Made by a program: the position numbers and the translations under genes | Part shown: piece by piece, positions 34,814-45,563 of the stretch | Position numbering within the stretch: the first letter of the stretch is position 1 | Layout of the letters: the number at the start of each line of letters is the position of its first letter | Assembly: GCA_938009235.1 (NCBI GenBank) | Contig: CALLIK010000004.1 | Coordinates: 365,725 to 429,724 of the forward strand | Length of the DNA stretch: 64,000 nt | From: an uncultured Caulobacterales bacterium | Lineage (GTDB): Bacteria; Pseudomonadota; Alphaproteobacteria; Caulobacterales; Maricaulaceae | Direction of reading: 5' to 3' | The notes under the pieces: generated by a model | What the model was told of the DNA's origin: nothing | What the model saw: only the letters and a program-made list of their open reading frames with translations | The model's database searches: none

Positions 34814-37800
34814 GGCTCTGGAACATCTTCAACTTGACGCTTAGGTGCGACCTCTTCAATTTTTTGCCTTAAATCCTCATCTACCTTTGATCGGTCTCGT
34901 TTGAAAATTCGACGTAAAAAGCCCGGTGTTAACGCTGATAGTGGATTCACGGCAATCTTAGTTTGTTCAAAAGGCCCACTCACTGTGTAGGTCAAAGCGA
35001 ATAATCCTCCGTCTTTTTCTTGTACAAAAATATCCCCTAAAATCGGGATGTCACCCAATATAGAATTGGCAGTATAAGAAGGTACGATTGTCCCATCAAA
35101 ATCTAGCACTCTTAATTTCAGGTCAATGTCTCCGTCACCCGTCATACCTAGGGCTGGTCCATAAAGGCGTGCATCACGAATCGCGATCTCATCGCCCAAT
35201 ATTGTGAACGGGATTTTGAAACGGTCAAACTGCATACTTCCTCCCGACAGAGTGTCGGCCAACCCAGTTAAGGATGCTAACGAGAGAAGTTGAGCCATAG
35301 CAGGCGCCTTTACCATCCGAAAATTACGCATTTGGGCTTCACCAACGAATGCACCTATTTCACCCGCAGGAGGGAGTACAGCTTTTAGGCGCAGCTCACC
35401 ACCAGATGTAGTCTCCAGCCCTAGAAAGGCAAAAATAGCGTCAGAAGCATTGGGAACAACGGCGTCCATTTGCCTAGTAAAGTCTGGCTTTGTGAGGATT
35501 TCTATATTCAAAGGCTTGCCATCAACCGAAGCTTCAAGGCGGGCACCTTCAACAACTACCCCCGTGTGGGAGAAGAACATCTCTGCATTAGTAACGATAT
35601 AATCTGGATCCAGAACAAGAGTTTCAATTGAACCCTGCAATTTAAGTGGAACATCAAGGGTGGTTTCTCTGTCTTCGAAAAGATCTTGAGTCCATGGGCT
35701 CACATTAAGTAAACGCCCTTTTAAATCCACATTTAACTGTCCACGAATACGGTCTGGGAGTATTTCTAACGTGCTATCGATAAGGCCTTCAATACGCAAT
35801 TCATCTAGATTGAGTAACTTGAGCCTATAGTCAGATTCAAGCTCAATACGGCCTTTAACTGAAACCCCTTCACTGGATAGGTCAGTTACATCAATGACGA
35901 AGCCATCATTGTTATCAATTTTCATGTCTCCAACTAACTGAGCGGGAACTCCTATTGGTTTCGACCAAATGCGTTCCAGAGACAGCGCGGTCTCAGTCAG
36001 GTCCACATCAAGAGTAGCCGTTGATACATCCACTCCACGTCCCTCTGCATCGATAGTAACTTCAGCCACGCCGTCAAACCATCCTCGGGACGCGACGCCA
36101 ATTCCATCTAGTTCTGCGGCAGTGATAGGGCCAGATATTCGATATTTGGCAAGTGGGGCATTGGCACCGAAGGTCTCCGACCACTTCATGTCTGCACGCC
36201 AAGGTCCTATATCGACAGGGCCAGACAAGAGCATTTGATTTCGATTTACGTCAAGTTTGAAATCACCATTATCGACATCGAATCGACCTAAGGCGAATGG
36301 AGCCTTTGCATTCTTAAAGTCACCGTTGATTTGGTAGGTTATACGCTCGGGCGGAAAATCCACCAACAACGGACGTGTCACACGCAGGTCAATATTTCCG
36401 CTACCTGCCATAAGTTGGGGGTCTATCCCGTAACGTGTTGCAATGTTTAGAGGTGCATTATCTGCAATCTTAATCAGGTCTACAATATCTCCAGTGCCTT
36501 TTGCTGTGACAATCAAGTCACCTCCACGTGGGATTAACTGCGGAATTTCAACATGGCCACCGAGCAAAGTTACCCCCTCAAGACGTCCACCATTCCAATC
36601 CAACCCCAACATATTTCCACTAATGAAGCCTTCACCGCTCACATCAGTTGCGTCTGGCATCGTGGAAACGTAATTCACGCGTACATCTCTGCCGCCAAAA
36701 CGTACCTTCAGACGATCTGCTGTAAGACGGCGGTCCTTAAAGAAAGCTTCATCAAAACTCACATCGGTTTCAAACTTATCAATATTCCCATCTAATATAG
36801 ATCGCTCAAGCCAATTACGGGCACCGACTATGAGATCAACAGGCCAAAGCGTGATGAAATCTTGAGGGTGTATTGAACCAAACGACATGCGGGTTTTTAG
36901 CTGTAGGTCTTTCACGCTATTATCATCATACAACGCCATCTGCCCGCTGAATTGATGAACGGTATCGAAAAATGTCACCTCGCCCTTACGAATATTGAGT
37001 ACGCGGCTATCGACATCTGCCTGACCACGAAGGTTCAAGCGGTCCAATTTGAATGGTTTTATAAAAGTTGGCGTTATATCAAATTCTACGTCCCCAAAGG
37101 CTAAGTCAAAAACAGGTGAACTATTGTCATCACCGTCACTCAAATTCCCAAGTTCAGTCAAAAACCCCGAACTTTTGAAAGAGAGTTTAGGTGACCTGAG
37201 CTGCAAATTCTCAATTTTCATGCGCTCTGCGCCAGGGTCCAACGTACCGACTGCCTTTAACTCATTGATTATATGCACAGATGCGGGGATGTTCTTGAAA
37301 TTTGTAAATTGTCCATCAGCAACGCCCAAATCGACATAAGCGGATTGAAGGCCTTCAGATTTAGAAAAATCGATATTAGCACTAAGGTTCACGGGGGCAG
37401 CAAGACCCCGAAGGGCAGAAAACCGTCCCTTAACAGGCCCAATTTGATCAAGGCGTGCACCTTTAATATCTGTCTTTAATTTCAATTCACTAAGATCTGT
37501 TTGCGCGATTGTTTCTAAAGTAAACGGTGCAGACTCCTTAAACTGCTTCACGCCTCCATTCGCAGATAAGGTAAAGACGCCATTGCCGGAAAAAGAAGCT
37601 CGTAATAAATCAATATCCGTTAAAAGATTTATTCCAGATACATTATTTACATAATGGACCTTAGCATTTTCGATTTGAATGAGTTCAAAGTCCTGTAACG
37701 GAATTTTAGTGTCAATTTTGGCAGCTACATTGCTACGATATACAGGTCCAACTCGACCAACAGCATCAGGAGGACCAAGACCAATGGTAATGATACCCTC

Positions 37801-38322
37801 TTCGTCCTCAATATAGCTTATAACTCCGCCTTTAACTTGGGCACTTACAACACTTGGGTTAAAAACATCACCTTTCTTGATGGCAAAAGTTGTCGTAATT
37901 AAATCGAACGACTCCAATATTTCATCATTCTCATTTAAAATCGAAGCCTTTTCCAAGGTCATGACGATATGATTGTCAACGGGGAGCCAAGCTAAGTCTA
38001 AACGTTCAAATTCAGCACCTTTTCCATCAAAGGCATCCGCAAACCAAATTTTTATATTTGGCCGCAGTACTGTCAGCTCTGTTGATTGACGACCTAAAAC
38101 TGACGAGGCAGTCCAAGCTAATATAATGCCCAAACCCAATAACACCGCAGTTAGCTCACCCAATAGGCGGTACATGCGGTAAATCATTGCAGAAATAACT
38201 AGTCTTGCCTGTGTTCCACCCTTTGAATACCAAACATCACGCAAGCCTTTTGACTGCAGCGTAGTTATCTCGTGGGAAGTGTTTTTTGAAGAACTCATAA
38301 TCTTCCCATCAAGTATAGGCAT
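34810..38322 (-). CDS. AsmA-family / YhdP-like (DUF3971-type) giant envelope protein
   Basis: 1170 aa with a single N-terminal TM (LLGELTAVLLGLGIILAWTA) and a long beta-rich body. The AsmA-like C-terminus reads FDRFKIPFTILGDEIAIRDARLYGPALGMTGDGDIDL...YTVSGPFEQTKIAVNPLSALTPGFLRRIF. Confidence 0.75.
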   Translation of the reverse strand: MPILDGKIMSSSKNTSHEITTLQSKGLRDVWYSKGGTQARLVISAMIYRMYRLLGELTAVLLGLGIILAWTASSVLGRQSTELTVLRPNIKIWFADAFDGKGAEFERLDLAWLPVDNHIVMTLEKASILNENDEILESFDLITTTFAIKKGDVFNPSVVSAQVKGGVISYIEDEEGIITIGLGPPDAVGRVGPVYRSNVAAKIDTKIPLQDFELIQIENAKVHYVNNVSGINLLTDIDLLRASFSGNGVFTLSANGGVKQFKESAPFTLETIAQTDLSELKLKTDIKGARLDQIGPVKGRFSALRGLAAPVNLSANIDFSKSEGLQSAYVDLGVADGQFTNFKNIPASVHIINELKAVGTLDPGAERMKIENLQLRSPKLSFKSSGFLTELGNLSDGDDNSSPVFDLAFGDVEFDITPTFIKPFKLDRLNLRGQADVDSRVLNIRKGEVTFFDTVHQFSGQMALYDDNSVKDLQLKTRMSFGSIHPQDFITLWPVDLIVGARNWLERSILDGNIDKFETDVSFDEAFFKDRRLTADRLKVRFGGRDVRVNYVSTMPDATDVSGEGFISGNMLGLDWNGGRLEGVTLLGGHVEIPQLIPRGGDLIVTAKGTGDIVDLIKIADNAPLNIATRYGIDPQLMAGSGNIDLRVTRPLLVDFPPERITYQINGDFKNAKAPFALGRFDVDNGDFKLDVNRNQMLLSGPVDIGPWRADMKWSETFGANAPLAKYRISGPITAAELDGIGVASRGWFDGVAEVTIDAEGRGVDVSTATLDVDLTETALSLERIWSKPIGVPAQLVGDMKIDNNDGFVIDVTDLSSEGVSVKGRIELESDYRLKLLNLDELRIEGLIDSTLEILPDRIRGQLNVDLKGRLLNVSPWTQDLFEDRETTLDVPLKLQGSIETLVLDPDYIVTNAEMFFSHTGVVVEGARLEASVDGKPLNIEILTKPDFTRQMDAVVPNASDAIFAFLGLETTSGGELRLKAVLPPAGEIGAFVGEAQMRNFRMVKAPAMAQLLSLASLTGLADTLSGGSMQFDRFKIPFTILGDEIAIRDARLYGPALGMTGDGDIDLKLRVLDFDGTIVPSYTANSILGDIPILGDIFVQEKDGGLFALTYTVSGPFEQTKIAVNPLSALTPGFLRRIFKRDRSKVDEDLRQKIEEVAPKRQVEDVPEP

Positions 38323-38374
38323 GCTGCGTATAAATCCATAAGAAGCTCATTAACTTCCAGAGAGACTTAAGCAT

Positions 38375-38863
38375 ATGCCTGTAAATTTAACGCACTTAGA
38401 AGCCGGTAACACGGGCCCTGATTTCTCGATTCCAACAAGCGGTATAGAGAAAACGGTTAAACTTGGAGATTACCGTGGACGGTACCTGATTTTATATTTC
38501 TATCCGAAAGATGCGACGCCCGGCTGCACAACAGAAGCCATAGAATTTACAGCACAGAAGCAAGCCTTTGAAGCTCTAGATGCAGACATACTTGGCGTGT
38601 CTCGTGATACAGTTGAAAAACACAACAAGTTCATTGCCAAACAAGAACTAGGTATCCTTTTGGGAGCCGACATAGACGGCAAAGTCACAGAAGACTATGG
38701 CGTATGGGTTAAGAAAAACATGTATGGAAAGACTTACATGGGAATTCAGCGCGCAACGTTCCTAATTGGGCCTGACGGAAACATCGTAAAAGTCTGGCCA
38801 AAGGTCAGAGTTAAAGGACATGTTGATGATGTCCTACAGTCACTGCGTGATCACAAGGCGTAA
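38375..38863 (+). CDS. bcp: Peroxiredoxin Bcp (thiol peroxidase)
   Basis: YFYPKDATPGCTTEA peroxidatic Cys motif; 162 aa. Confidence 0.9.
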   Translation: MPVNLTHLEAGNTGPDFSIPTSGIEKTVKLGDYRGRYLILYFYPKDATPGCTTEAIEFTAQKQAFEALDADILGVSRDTVEKHNKFIAKQELGILLGADIDGKVTEDYGVWVKKNMYGKTYMGIQRATFLIGPDGNIVKVWPKVRVKGHVDDVLQSLRDHKA

Positions 38864-38864
38864 A

Positions 38865-39671
38865 ATGAGTGCCTTGCAATCGGCTCGAAACGTCCTCTTA
38901 ACACGCGACCCAAGGGCAAAAGCGGCCTGCGCAAGACAGATGCAGACCGATTGGTTGAAGACACACGACATCGGTGAGTGTGAAGGTGCCTTACCCAGTC
39001 AACCTGCTCGTCCTGATAAACCAAGCCTAGTCTCCCCCATGGACGTCCCTAGACGCCGTCTTGGATCACCAGCAGGTCGAGCCACTCTTTTACATGCTGT
39101 CGCGCATATTGAGCTTAACGCCATTGACCTTGCCGCAGATATGATCGCTCGTTTTACGCTGCACCCTATGGTTCATGCCTCAGATCGTGACGCCTTCGTG
39201 TCCGACTGGTCAAAGGTTTGCGATGATGAGGCGCGTCACTTTCTGATGTTAGCAGATAGGCTAGAGCAGTTAGGCGTGTCATACGGAGACCATCTTGCCC
39301 ACAATGGACTTTGGGAAGCCGCACAGTCTACGTGTGACAACTTTCCGGCACGTGTAGCCATTGCGCCACTTGTTCTTGAGGCGCGAGGATTGGATGTAAC
39401 ACCAAATATGATAAAACGCTTAATCAGCGCTGGCGACGCCAAAAGCGCGGATATTCTAAAAATCATTTATGAAGAAGAGATAAGCCACGTTGGGATAGGA
39501 GCACATTGGTTCAAATATTTGGCTGCTCATCAAGACAAAAGCCCCGAATCTTATTTCCACGACCTCGTCCGAACTCACTTCAAAGGACAGATAAAGTCCC
39601 CATTTAATGAGAGCGCCCGCACCTTAGCAGGGCTTTCAAAGCTCTATTATGAGCCACTTGTGACGAATTAA
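38865..39671 (+). CDS. Ferritin-like DUF455 family protein
   Basis: LLHAVAHIELNAIDLA ... DEARHF ... EEEISHVG fits a di-iron ferritin-like ExxH pattern. The start was chosen at MSALQSARN just after the bcp stop. Confidence 0.75.
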   Translation: MSALQSARNVLLTRDPRAKAACARQMQTDWLKTHDIGECEGALPSQPARPDKPSLVSPMDVPRRRLGSPAGRATLLHAVAHIELNAIDLAADMIARFTLHPMVHASDRDAFVSDWSKVCDDEARHFLMLADRLEQLGVSYGDHLAHNGLWEAAQSTCDNFPARVAIAPLVLEARGLDVTPNMIKRLISAGDAKSADILKIIYEEEISHVGIGAHWFKYLAAHQDKSPESYFHDLVRTHFKGQIKSPFNESARTLAGLSKLYYEPLVTN

Positions 39672-39806
39672 CCCTATTTTATGTAAAAAACAGGTTCGCA
39701 ATAAAGAAATTAAGTCTAAATTAACCGTAAACTCCCTCAAACGCACTTGCACACTGTTGTGAGGCTGTCATTAATGGGCCTAAGGCATGATAAAAACCGG
39801 GGAACT

Positions 39807-41018
39807 ATGATTAACGACTTAGTTGGCGACCTACGTTCATTCGTATTGCGTCATTTTCCAGAACGTCAAATCTATCTTCGCTCAGGTGGAGAGGTTAAGT
39901 ACTACGTGCTCTCAACTCGCCTTCAGCTTGCCGTAGTTTCTACAATTACCATCATGGCACTTTGGTGCTTGTACACAATGATTAACCTACTTGTGGGTCA
40001 CAACCCACTTCGGACATCAAGTCAGCAGATGCGCGTTGAGAAGGCTAATTATGAACGCATGATTGCAAACTCAAAGGCAAAAGAAGAAAATTCACGACTT
40101 ATGTTGGCGGAACAACGTAAGAATTTTGAGACTATGGCTCGTGAAATTCAGCAGAAACATCAAACACTATCGCAGATGATTGGAAATCAAACAGCGTCGT
40201 TCTCCACACCGGGTACTTCCAACGTTAAATACGTACCAAATAAAGTGCTAATGTCACCTATGACGAGAGACGCGACTCCACGAAAATCCCGTAGAGGCAT
40301 TATCAAAGAAGCTTCGCTTTCTACAGGTCTTGCTATAGACAATTCCCTACATGCGCTTGGCGACACGCAAGATGCTTACCTGATCTCAGCTGAGTTAGAG
40401 ACACTCAACAAAATTGAACGCAACCGCGCACTAATACAATCAACAGATATGGATGTAGAAACGGTCTTGTCCGAATCGCCATTTGGAAAAGGCGGACCAT
40501 TTATTTCGATGGATGGAATAACTACGAATGAAACTGGATTCGTATCAAGAGTTGCCGCCATTCAAGCGCGTACTGCAGAATCGGATGCATTAAATACGGC
40601 TGTCCAAGCTTTACCTTTGGGGCACCCAGTAAAGGGTGATACATACAGAACGTCAACCTTCGGATTACGTCACGACCCCTTTACAAAACGACCTACGATG
40701 CATCACGGGCTCGACTTCGGCGGGCAACGTCTTACTCCTATATTAGCGACGGCTGCAGGTGTAGTGACACGTTCAGGGCGTAATGGCACTTACGGTAAAT
40801 TTGTTGAAATCGATCACGGGCACGGTTTTAAAACGAGATATGGTCACTTGCATAAGACGTTTGTAAAACGCGGCCAAAAAGTGGATAAGGGCATCAAAAT
40901 TGGAGGCATGGGATCAACTGGGCGGAGCACCGCAACCCATCTCCACTACGAAATACATTTCCAAGGACGGGCCTATGACCCGAACAAGTTTCTGAAAGCT
41001 GGCCTTTATGTTCAATAA
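39807..41018 (+). CDS. Membrane-anchored M23 (LytM-domain) peptidase, LmdC-like
   Basis: One N-terminal TM, a coiled-coil linker, and an M23 domain with HHGLDF (HxxxD) and HLHYEI (HxH). A GGGGAAC RBS precedes ATG 39807. The gene overlaps the bactofilin gene by 11 nt. Confidence 0.8.
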   Translation: MINDLVGDLRSFVLRHFPERQIYLRSGGEVKYYVLSTRLQLAVVSTITIMALWCLYTMINLLVGHNPLRTSSQQMRVEKANYERMIANSKAKEENSRLMLAEQRKNFETMAREIQQKHQTLSQMIGNQTASFSTPGTSNVKYVPNKVLMSPMTRDATPRKSRRGIIKEASLSTGLAIDNSLHALGDTQDAYLISAELETLNKIERNRALIQSTDMDVETVLSESPFGKGGPFISMDGITTNETGFVSRVAAIQARTAESDALNTAVQALPLGHPVKGDTYRTSTFGLRHDPFTKRPTMHHGLDFGGQRLTPILATAAGVVTRSGRNGTYGKFVEIDHGHGFKTRYGHLHKTFVKRGQKVDKGIKIGGMGSTGRSTATHLHYEIHFQGRAYDPNKFLKAGLYVQ

Positions 41019-41445
41019 AACAAACAATCCAACAAGCACTGCATCAACACCTAGTAAGGCTCCGGCCGCGTCATCTGCGCCCCGCACTTCTTCTGGTTCT
41101 GCTCCATCTATTTTAGGTCGTGACATTGTTATAACGGGCGACATTACGACAGATGGAGACGTTCAAATTGATGGACGTTTAGATGGCAACATCATTGCAG
41201 GTAACATTACAATTGGTGAGCAAGGCGCTGTAAACGGTAAAATAGTTGGGCAAAATGTTCATATTCGGGGTAAAGTGACAGGTACAGTCGAAAGTCTGGT
41301 AGTTGAATTATCAGAGACCGCAAATGTTCAGGCTGACCTCATACAAGATCAGCTTACCATAGCAAACGGCGCGTTCTTTGATGGAAAATGCTCGCGTAAA
41401 ACTACAAGCCCTACGTCAACGAAAGCTGCTAAAAAATCAGCTTAA
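41008..41445 (+). CDS. Bactofilin (DUF583) cytoskeletal protein, BacA-like
   Basis: N-terminal MFNKTNN resembles the bactofilin membrane-targeting sequence. It is followed by a Pro/Ser/Ala-rich linker and then beta-helix repeats (ITGDITTDGDVQIDGRLDGNIIAGNITIGEQGAVNGKIVGQNVHIRGKVTG). Confidence 0.9.
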   Translation: MFNKTNNPTSTASTPSKAPAASSAPRTSSGSAPSILGRDIVITGDITTDGDVQIDGRLDGNIIAGNITIGEQGAVNGKIVGQNVHIRGKVTGTVESLVVELSETANVQADLIQDQLTIANGAFFDGKCSRKTTSPTSTKAAKKSA

Positions 41446-41467
41446 AAAAAAAACTGACTATATTTTT

Positions 41468-41497
41468 AAAAGCCGCTCTTTGAAGCGGCTTTTTTTA
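41468..41497. terminator. Bidirectional rho-independent terminator between the bactofilin gene and parC
   Basis: AAAAGCCGCT-CTTTGA-AGCGGCTTTT is a perfect 10-bp stem, flanked by an A-run upstream and T7 downstream. Confidence 0.8.
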
Positions 41498-41504
41498 TAT
41501 GCCC

Positions 41505-43781
41505 TCAAAGCCCTCGGGACGGATCAAAACTGGACTTCCGAGAAAACCCACGCGGCGCCATACGTCCCGCTTGAGCCCGCTTTCCTTCTAATAATGTCCA
41601 ATCAGGAACATCATTTCGGCGCATAGATGTATCTAAGAAAGTCAGGCCAGTTTCCGAATTGAAAGTTGTGATATCAGCCAATCCACCGTCTTTAAACTTC
41701 TGTAAACGCACACCTTTACCACGTGACATTACTGGAAGTTCATCGATAGCAAAGATCAATATTTTTCTATTGTCACCAATAGTAGCGATCTTGTCGCCAT
41801 TGACCTGAATGACCCGTACAGCCTCAGAATCGCCCTTAACGTTCAGTGTCTTACGACCACCTTTTGTACTCGCTATAATGTCGGCTTCAGACACTCTGAA
41901 ACCATAACCATCATTACTCGCAACAAGTAGCTGCCGTTCTGGATCATGCACAAACATTCCAATTGGGTCGTGGTCGTTCTCTAAATCAACAAGAAGGCGA
42001 ATAGGTTCTCCATTCCCCCTCCCACCAGGTAGCTTGTCAGCAGTTAGCGTATAGAATTTACCATTTGTTGCAAAGACAATGATCTTATCAGTCGTTTCCG
42101 CTTGTACAGAAAACCCTAACTGGTCGCCTTCTTTGAATTTAACAGAAGAAAGATCATCCATCTTTCCTTTCAACACACGTATCCAGCCCTTCTCAGACAT
42201 GACGACAGTTATCGGTTCTTTCGTAATAAATGCTGTCGCAAGGTCAACGTTAATTTCTGGAGCTATATCAAACGTTGTGCGCCGCTTACCGATGTCTGTT
42301 TTTGGTCCATAGGCATCACGTATATCACGGACCTGCGATGCAATAGTATCCCACTGAAGACTATCTGTTGAGACTAACTTATCGAGCCCATCTCGTTCAG
42401 CTGAGAGCTTATCATGCTCTGTCTGGAGTTCAATTTCTTGGAGTTTATTCAAGGCTCGCAAACGCATATTCAAAATAGCATCTGCTTGACGTTCTGTCAG
42501 ATTGAAGGCTTTCATGAGCTCTTGTTTAGGGTGATCTTCAAACCGAATAATACGAATAACTTCATCAATATTAAGGAAGGCAATCATGTACCCATCGAGA
42601 ACCTCTATCCGGTCAGCGATTTTAGCCAGACGTTGTTTGGAGCGCCTCAAAAGCACAACGCGGCGGTGATCTAGCCAAGATTGAATGACCTCACGAAGAT
42701 CCATCACACGCGGCGTACGCGTCGCATCAAGGACATTCATATTCAAGCTGACCCGGCTCTCAAGTTCTGAAATCTTGAATAGACTCTCCATTAGAAGCGC
42801 AGGATCAATATTCTTACTCCGAGGCTCCAGTACAATGCGAATATCTTCAGCGCTTTCATCTCTGACATCGATAAGGCCTGGAGATTTTTTCAATTCAATA
42901 ACTTCAGCCAATTTTTCAATCAGGCGTGATTTTTGTACCTGATATGGAATTTCTGTGATGATTATTTGGTATTGTCCGCGGCCAGTGTCCTCAACACTCC
43001 ACCTAGCACGAACCTTAAATCCGCCTCGGCCAGTTCTATAACTCTCAAGCATTGATTCTTGTGGCTCTACAATTATGCCGCCCGTAGGAAGGTCTGGTCC
43101 AAGAATAAAGTTCATCAAAGTCTCGACCCGAGCATTCGGAGTTTTGATAAGGTGCAGCGCTGCGCTGCAAATCTCGGCAGCATTATGCGGAGGAATAGAT
43201 GTCGCCATACCAACAGCAATCCCTTGAGAGCCATTCGCCAATAAGTTAGGGAAGCCAGCAGGCAGAACCAGAGGCTCTTCGTCTTCTTCATTATAGGTGG
43301 GTACAAAGTCGACTGCGTCTTCTTCTAAGCCCGCAAGAAGAGCTACGCCTGCCGATGTCATCTTAGCTTCCGTATATCGCATAGCCGCAGGGCTATCTCC
43401 ATCGATATTACCAAAGTTCCCCTGCCCGTCGACTAAGGGATAACGCGATGCGAATGATTGTGAGAGTTTCACAAGCGCATCATAAATCGATGCGTCACCA
43501 TGAGGGTGATATTGCCCCATAACGTCACCAACAATTCTGGCGGATTTCTTGTGAGAATTTTCGGGGCTAAGCTTCAACTGCCGCATCGCAAAAAGAATGC
43601 GTCTATGAACAGGTTTCAGTCCATCACGTACATCAGGCAAAGCCCGTTGCGTAATTGTAGACAAGGCATAGGCAAGATAACGTGACGACAAAGCCGTATC
43701 GAAATGCTCTTCAATAATAGCGTTTTGCGGAACGCCGTTATCACCGCTTTTAGGTTTTTTAGTTTTGGGGGTCTTCGCCAT
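41505..43781 (-). CDS. parC: DNA topoisomerase IV subunit A
   Basis: 758 aa with the GyrA/ParC N-terminal pattern [18 protein letters not shown], the catalytic AAMRYTE and a C-terminal beta-pinwheel. The alphaproteobacterial ParC-type length fits. Confidence 0.9.
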   Translation of the reverse strand: MAKTPKTKKPKSGDNGVPQNAIIEEHFDTALSSRYLAYALSTITQRALPDVRDGLKPVHRRILFAMRQLKLSPENSHKKSARIVGDVMGQYHPHGDASIYDALVKLSQSFASRYPLVDGQGNFGNIDGDSPAAMRYTEAKMTSAGVALLAGLEEDAVDFVPTYNEEDEEPLVLPAGFPNLLANGSQGIAVGMATSIPPHNAAEICSAALHLIKTPNARVETLMNFILGPDLPTGGIIVEPQESMLESYRTGRGGFKVRARWSVEDTGRGQYQIIITEIPYQVQKSRLIEKLAEVIELKKSPGLIDVRDESAEDIRIVLEPRSKNIDPALLMESLFKISELESRVSLNMNVLDATRTPRVMDLREVIQSWLDHRRVVLLRRSKQRLAKIADRIEVLDGYMIAFLNIDEVIRIIRFEDHPKQELMKAFNLTERQADAILNMRLRALNKLQEIELQTEHDKLSAERDGLDKLVSTDSLQWDTIASQVRDIRDAYGPKTDIGKRRTTFDIAPEINVDLATAFITKEPITVVMSEKGWIRVLKGKMDDLSSVKFKEGDQLGFSVQAETTDKIIVFATNGKFYTLTADKLPGGRGNGEPIRLLVDLENDHDPIGMFVHDPERQLLVASNDGYGFRVSEADIIASTKGGRKTLNVKGDSEAVRVIQVNGDKIATIGDNRKILIFAIDELPVMSRGKGVRLQKFKDGGLADITTFNSETGLTFLDTSMRRNDVPDWTLLEGKRAQAGRMAPRGFSRKSSFDPSRGL

Positions 43782-43856
43782 GGAACGGACGCGCCTTTCG
43801 AATCACTTGAACTACGTTACCAAAACAACGGGTCGCATGCGTAGAAAACCGCATAT

Positions 43857-44597
43857 TTATTGGGGATTAGCGACAAAACCTTTTGCCAATAGCCTATCCA
43901 TCATAACACGGCGTGCCTCGGGCAGGGTTCGGTTGACCTCCCATTGAACGCGAGTCTCCAAAAAGTAACCCGTTAAACGCAAGCCTGCAGAGATATCTTC
44001 TGGAGTTGCTTGTCCCTCGCCTCTCATAAAACCAGGCAGTCTCAGCATTTTATCACCATATGGCAGTGCAGATTCAGTACAAACGGCACGTCCAGACCTT
44101 GGCGATACATGTGTTAAGTTCTCTGTGGTTCCAGTCGCAGCGCAGGTGGAGAGATCTAAACCATAGCCAAGAGCGGCGAGGAGCCCTGCTTCCCACCGAA
44201 CATAAAGCGCCGGCCAAACCTCAGGATTATCAAGCTGAGAGACTACAATAGAAAATACGTCATGTAGTGCTGGGTACGCTTCTCTTTCGGGCAAGAGTTC
44301 TCGCGTCATAACGCAAAGTGCATTCAGACCTGCAAGACTAAGCCGGTCATCCATCAATTCAGCTGAGCGGCTGTCTATAGCTTCTAGGGTGTAATACCCG
44401 AGATGCTCTTCTAAACGCCCATGCCAATCTACTGTGACCCGATTACCTGGTTGTAGTACAGGACGTAACCTTCGCCCTGTTCCGCCTCTAACAAGTCCAG
44501 GGTGTCTGCCTTTTTCACGCGTAAAAACCTCGATTATCGCCGAGGTTTCTCCATGTTTCCGACTGCTAAGAACATACCCTTCGGCGGACCAATCCAT
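43857..44597 (-). CDS. recO: DNA repair protein RecO
   Basis: 246 aa with the N-terminal OB-fold pattern EGYVLSSRKHGETSAIIEVFT. It lies immediately downstream of era. Confidence 0.85.
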   Translation of the reverse strand: MDWSAEGYVLSSRKHGETSAIIEVFTREKGRHPGLVRGGTGRRLRPVLQPGNRVTVDWHGRLEEHLGYYTLEAIDSRSAELMDDRLSLAGLNALCVMTRELLPEREAYPALHDVFSIVVSQLDNPEVWPALYVRWEAGLLAALGYGLDLSTCAATGTTENLTHVSPRSGRAVCTESALPYGDKMLRLPGFMRGEGQATPEDISAGLRLTGYFLETRVQWEVNRTLPEARRVMMDRLLAKGFVANPQ

Positions 44598-44600
44598 AGA

Positions 44601-45563
44601 TTATACGTCGAACTCCAACCCCATTCCCGTATAACGGGCCTGATCGTCTTTCCACTTGTCACGCACCTTAACGAACAAGAATAGATGAACCTTGCGTCCC
44701 AACCAGTCTTGCATATCGCGTCGCGCGGCTGCGCCGATATCTTTGATCGTTTTCCCGCCCTTGCCTAAAACGATAGGTTTTTGAGAGTTGCGGCGAACAT
44801 AGATAACTTGCTCAATTCGAACGTCGCCGCTTTTAAGTTCTTTCCACGCCTCTGTTTCGACCATGCTCATATATGGCAACTCATCATGAAGTCGTAGGAA
44901 GAGCTTCTCTCGCGTAATTTCCGCAGCCATCAGACGTGAAGGAATATCTGCCGCTTGGTCAGTGGGATAAAGGAATGGCCCCTCAGGCATGGCGTTTGCG
45001 AGTGCAGATGAAAGCTTATCAATACCGTCGCCATTCGTAGCGGACGTCATGAATATCTGAGAATAGACCTCCATTTCATTGAATTCAGCAATCAGAGGCA
45101 GGACAATATCATGCGCAATTTCATCAATCTTATTCAAAACTAAATAGGCAGTCGCGCGTCTTTTCTTCAAGCCACTAGCCACGTTTTTAGTATCGTCTAC
45201 CGAAAGTCGGTCTTGCGCACCGCCAGTTCCATTTTGTTGACGCACCCAGGCAGGCGCATCCACAACATGGACAATCAAATTACTATCATCCGCACCGGTC
45301 CAAGCGGCATGCACCATAGATTTAGCTAGGCGGTCAGACTCGTTCGGAGAGAAAATACCGGGCGTATCAACAATGACCACTTGAGAGTCTTGCTGATCTT
45401 CAGTCTTCAGCATCGCAATAGCACGAATTTGAAAGCGTGTCGTTTGAACCTTATGGGTAACGATCGAGACTTTCTCTCCAACCAAGGCATTAGTTAGAGT
45501 AGATTTACCTGCGTTTGGAGCGCCAACAATTGCGGCGAAACCTGCTCGAGTCATGATGGCCAT
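44601..45563 (-). CDS. era: GTPase Era
   Basis: G1 GAPNAGKST, G3 DTPG, G4 NKID and a C-terminal KH domain. An alternative start at 45554 forms an ATGA overlap with the rnc stop. Confidence 0.95.
   Translation of the reverse strand: MAIMTRAGFAAIVGAPNAGKSTLTNALVGEKVSIVTHKVQTTRFQIRAIAMLKTEDQQDSQVVIVDTPGIFSPNESDRLAKSMVHAAWTGADDSNLIVHVVDAPAWVRQQNGTGGAQDRLSVDDTKNVASGLKKRRATAYLVLNKIDEIAHDIVLPLIAEFNEMEVYSQIFMTSATNGDGIDKLSSALANAMPEGPFLYPTDQAADIPSRLMAAEITREKLFLRLHDELPYMSMVETEAWKELKSGDVRIEQVIYVRRNSQKPIVLGKGGKTIKDIGAAARRDMQDWLGRKVHLFLFVKVRDKWKDDQARYTGMGLEFDV

Noticed and set aside
41444-41453. A10 homopolymer directly after the bactofilin stop codon, as a possible slippage or phase-variation tract.
   Set aside because: It begins within the stop codon and lies outside the coding sequence. 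It is more simply the A-rich arm of the bidirectional terminator region.
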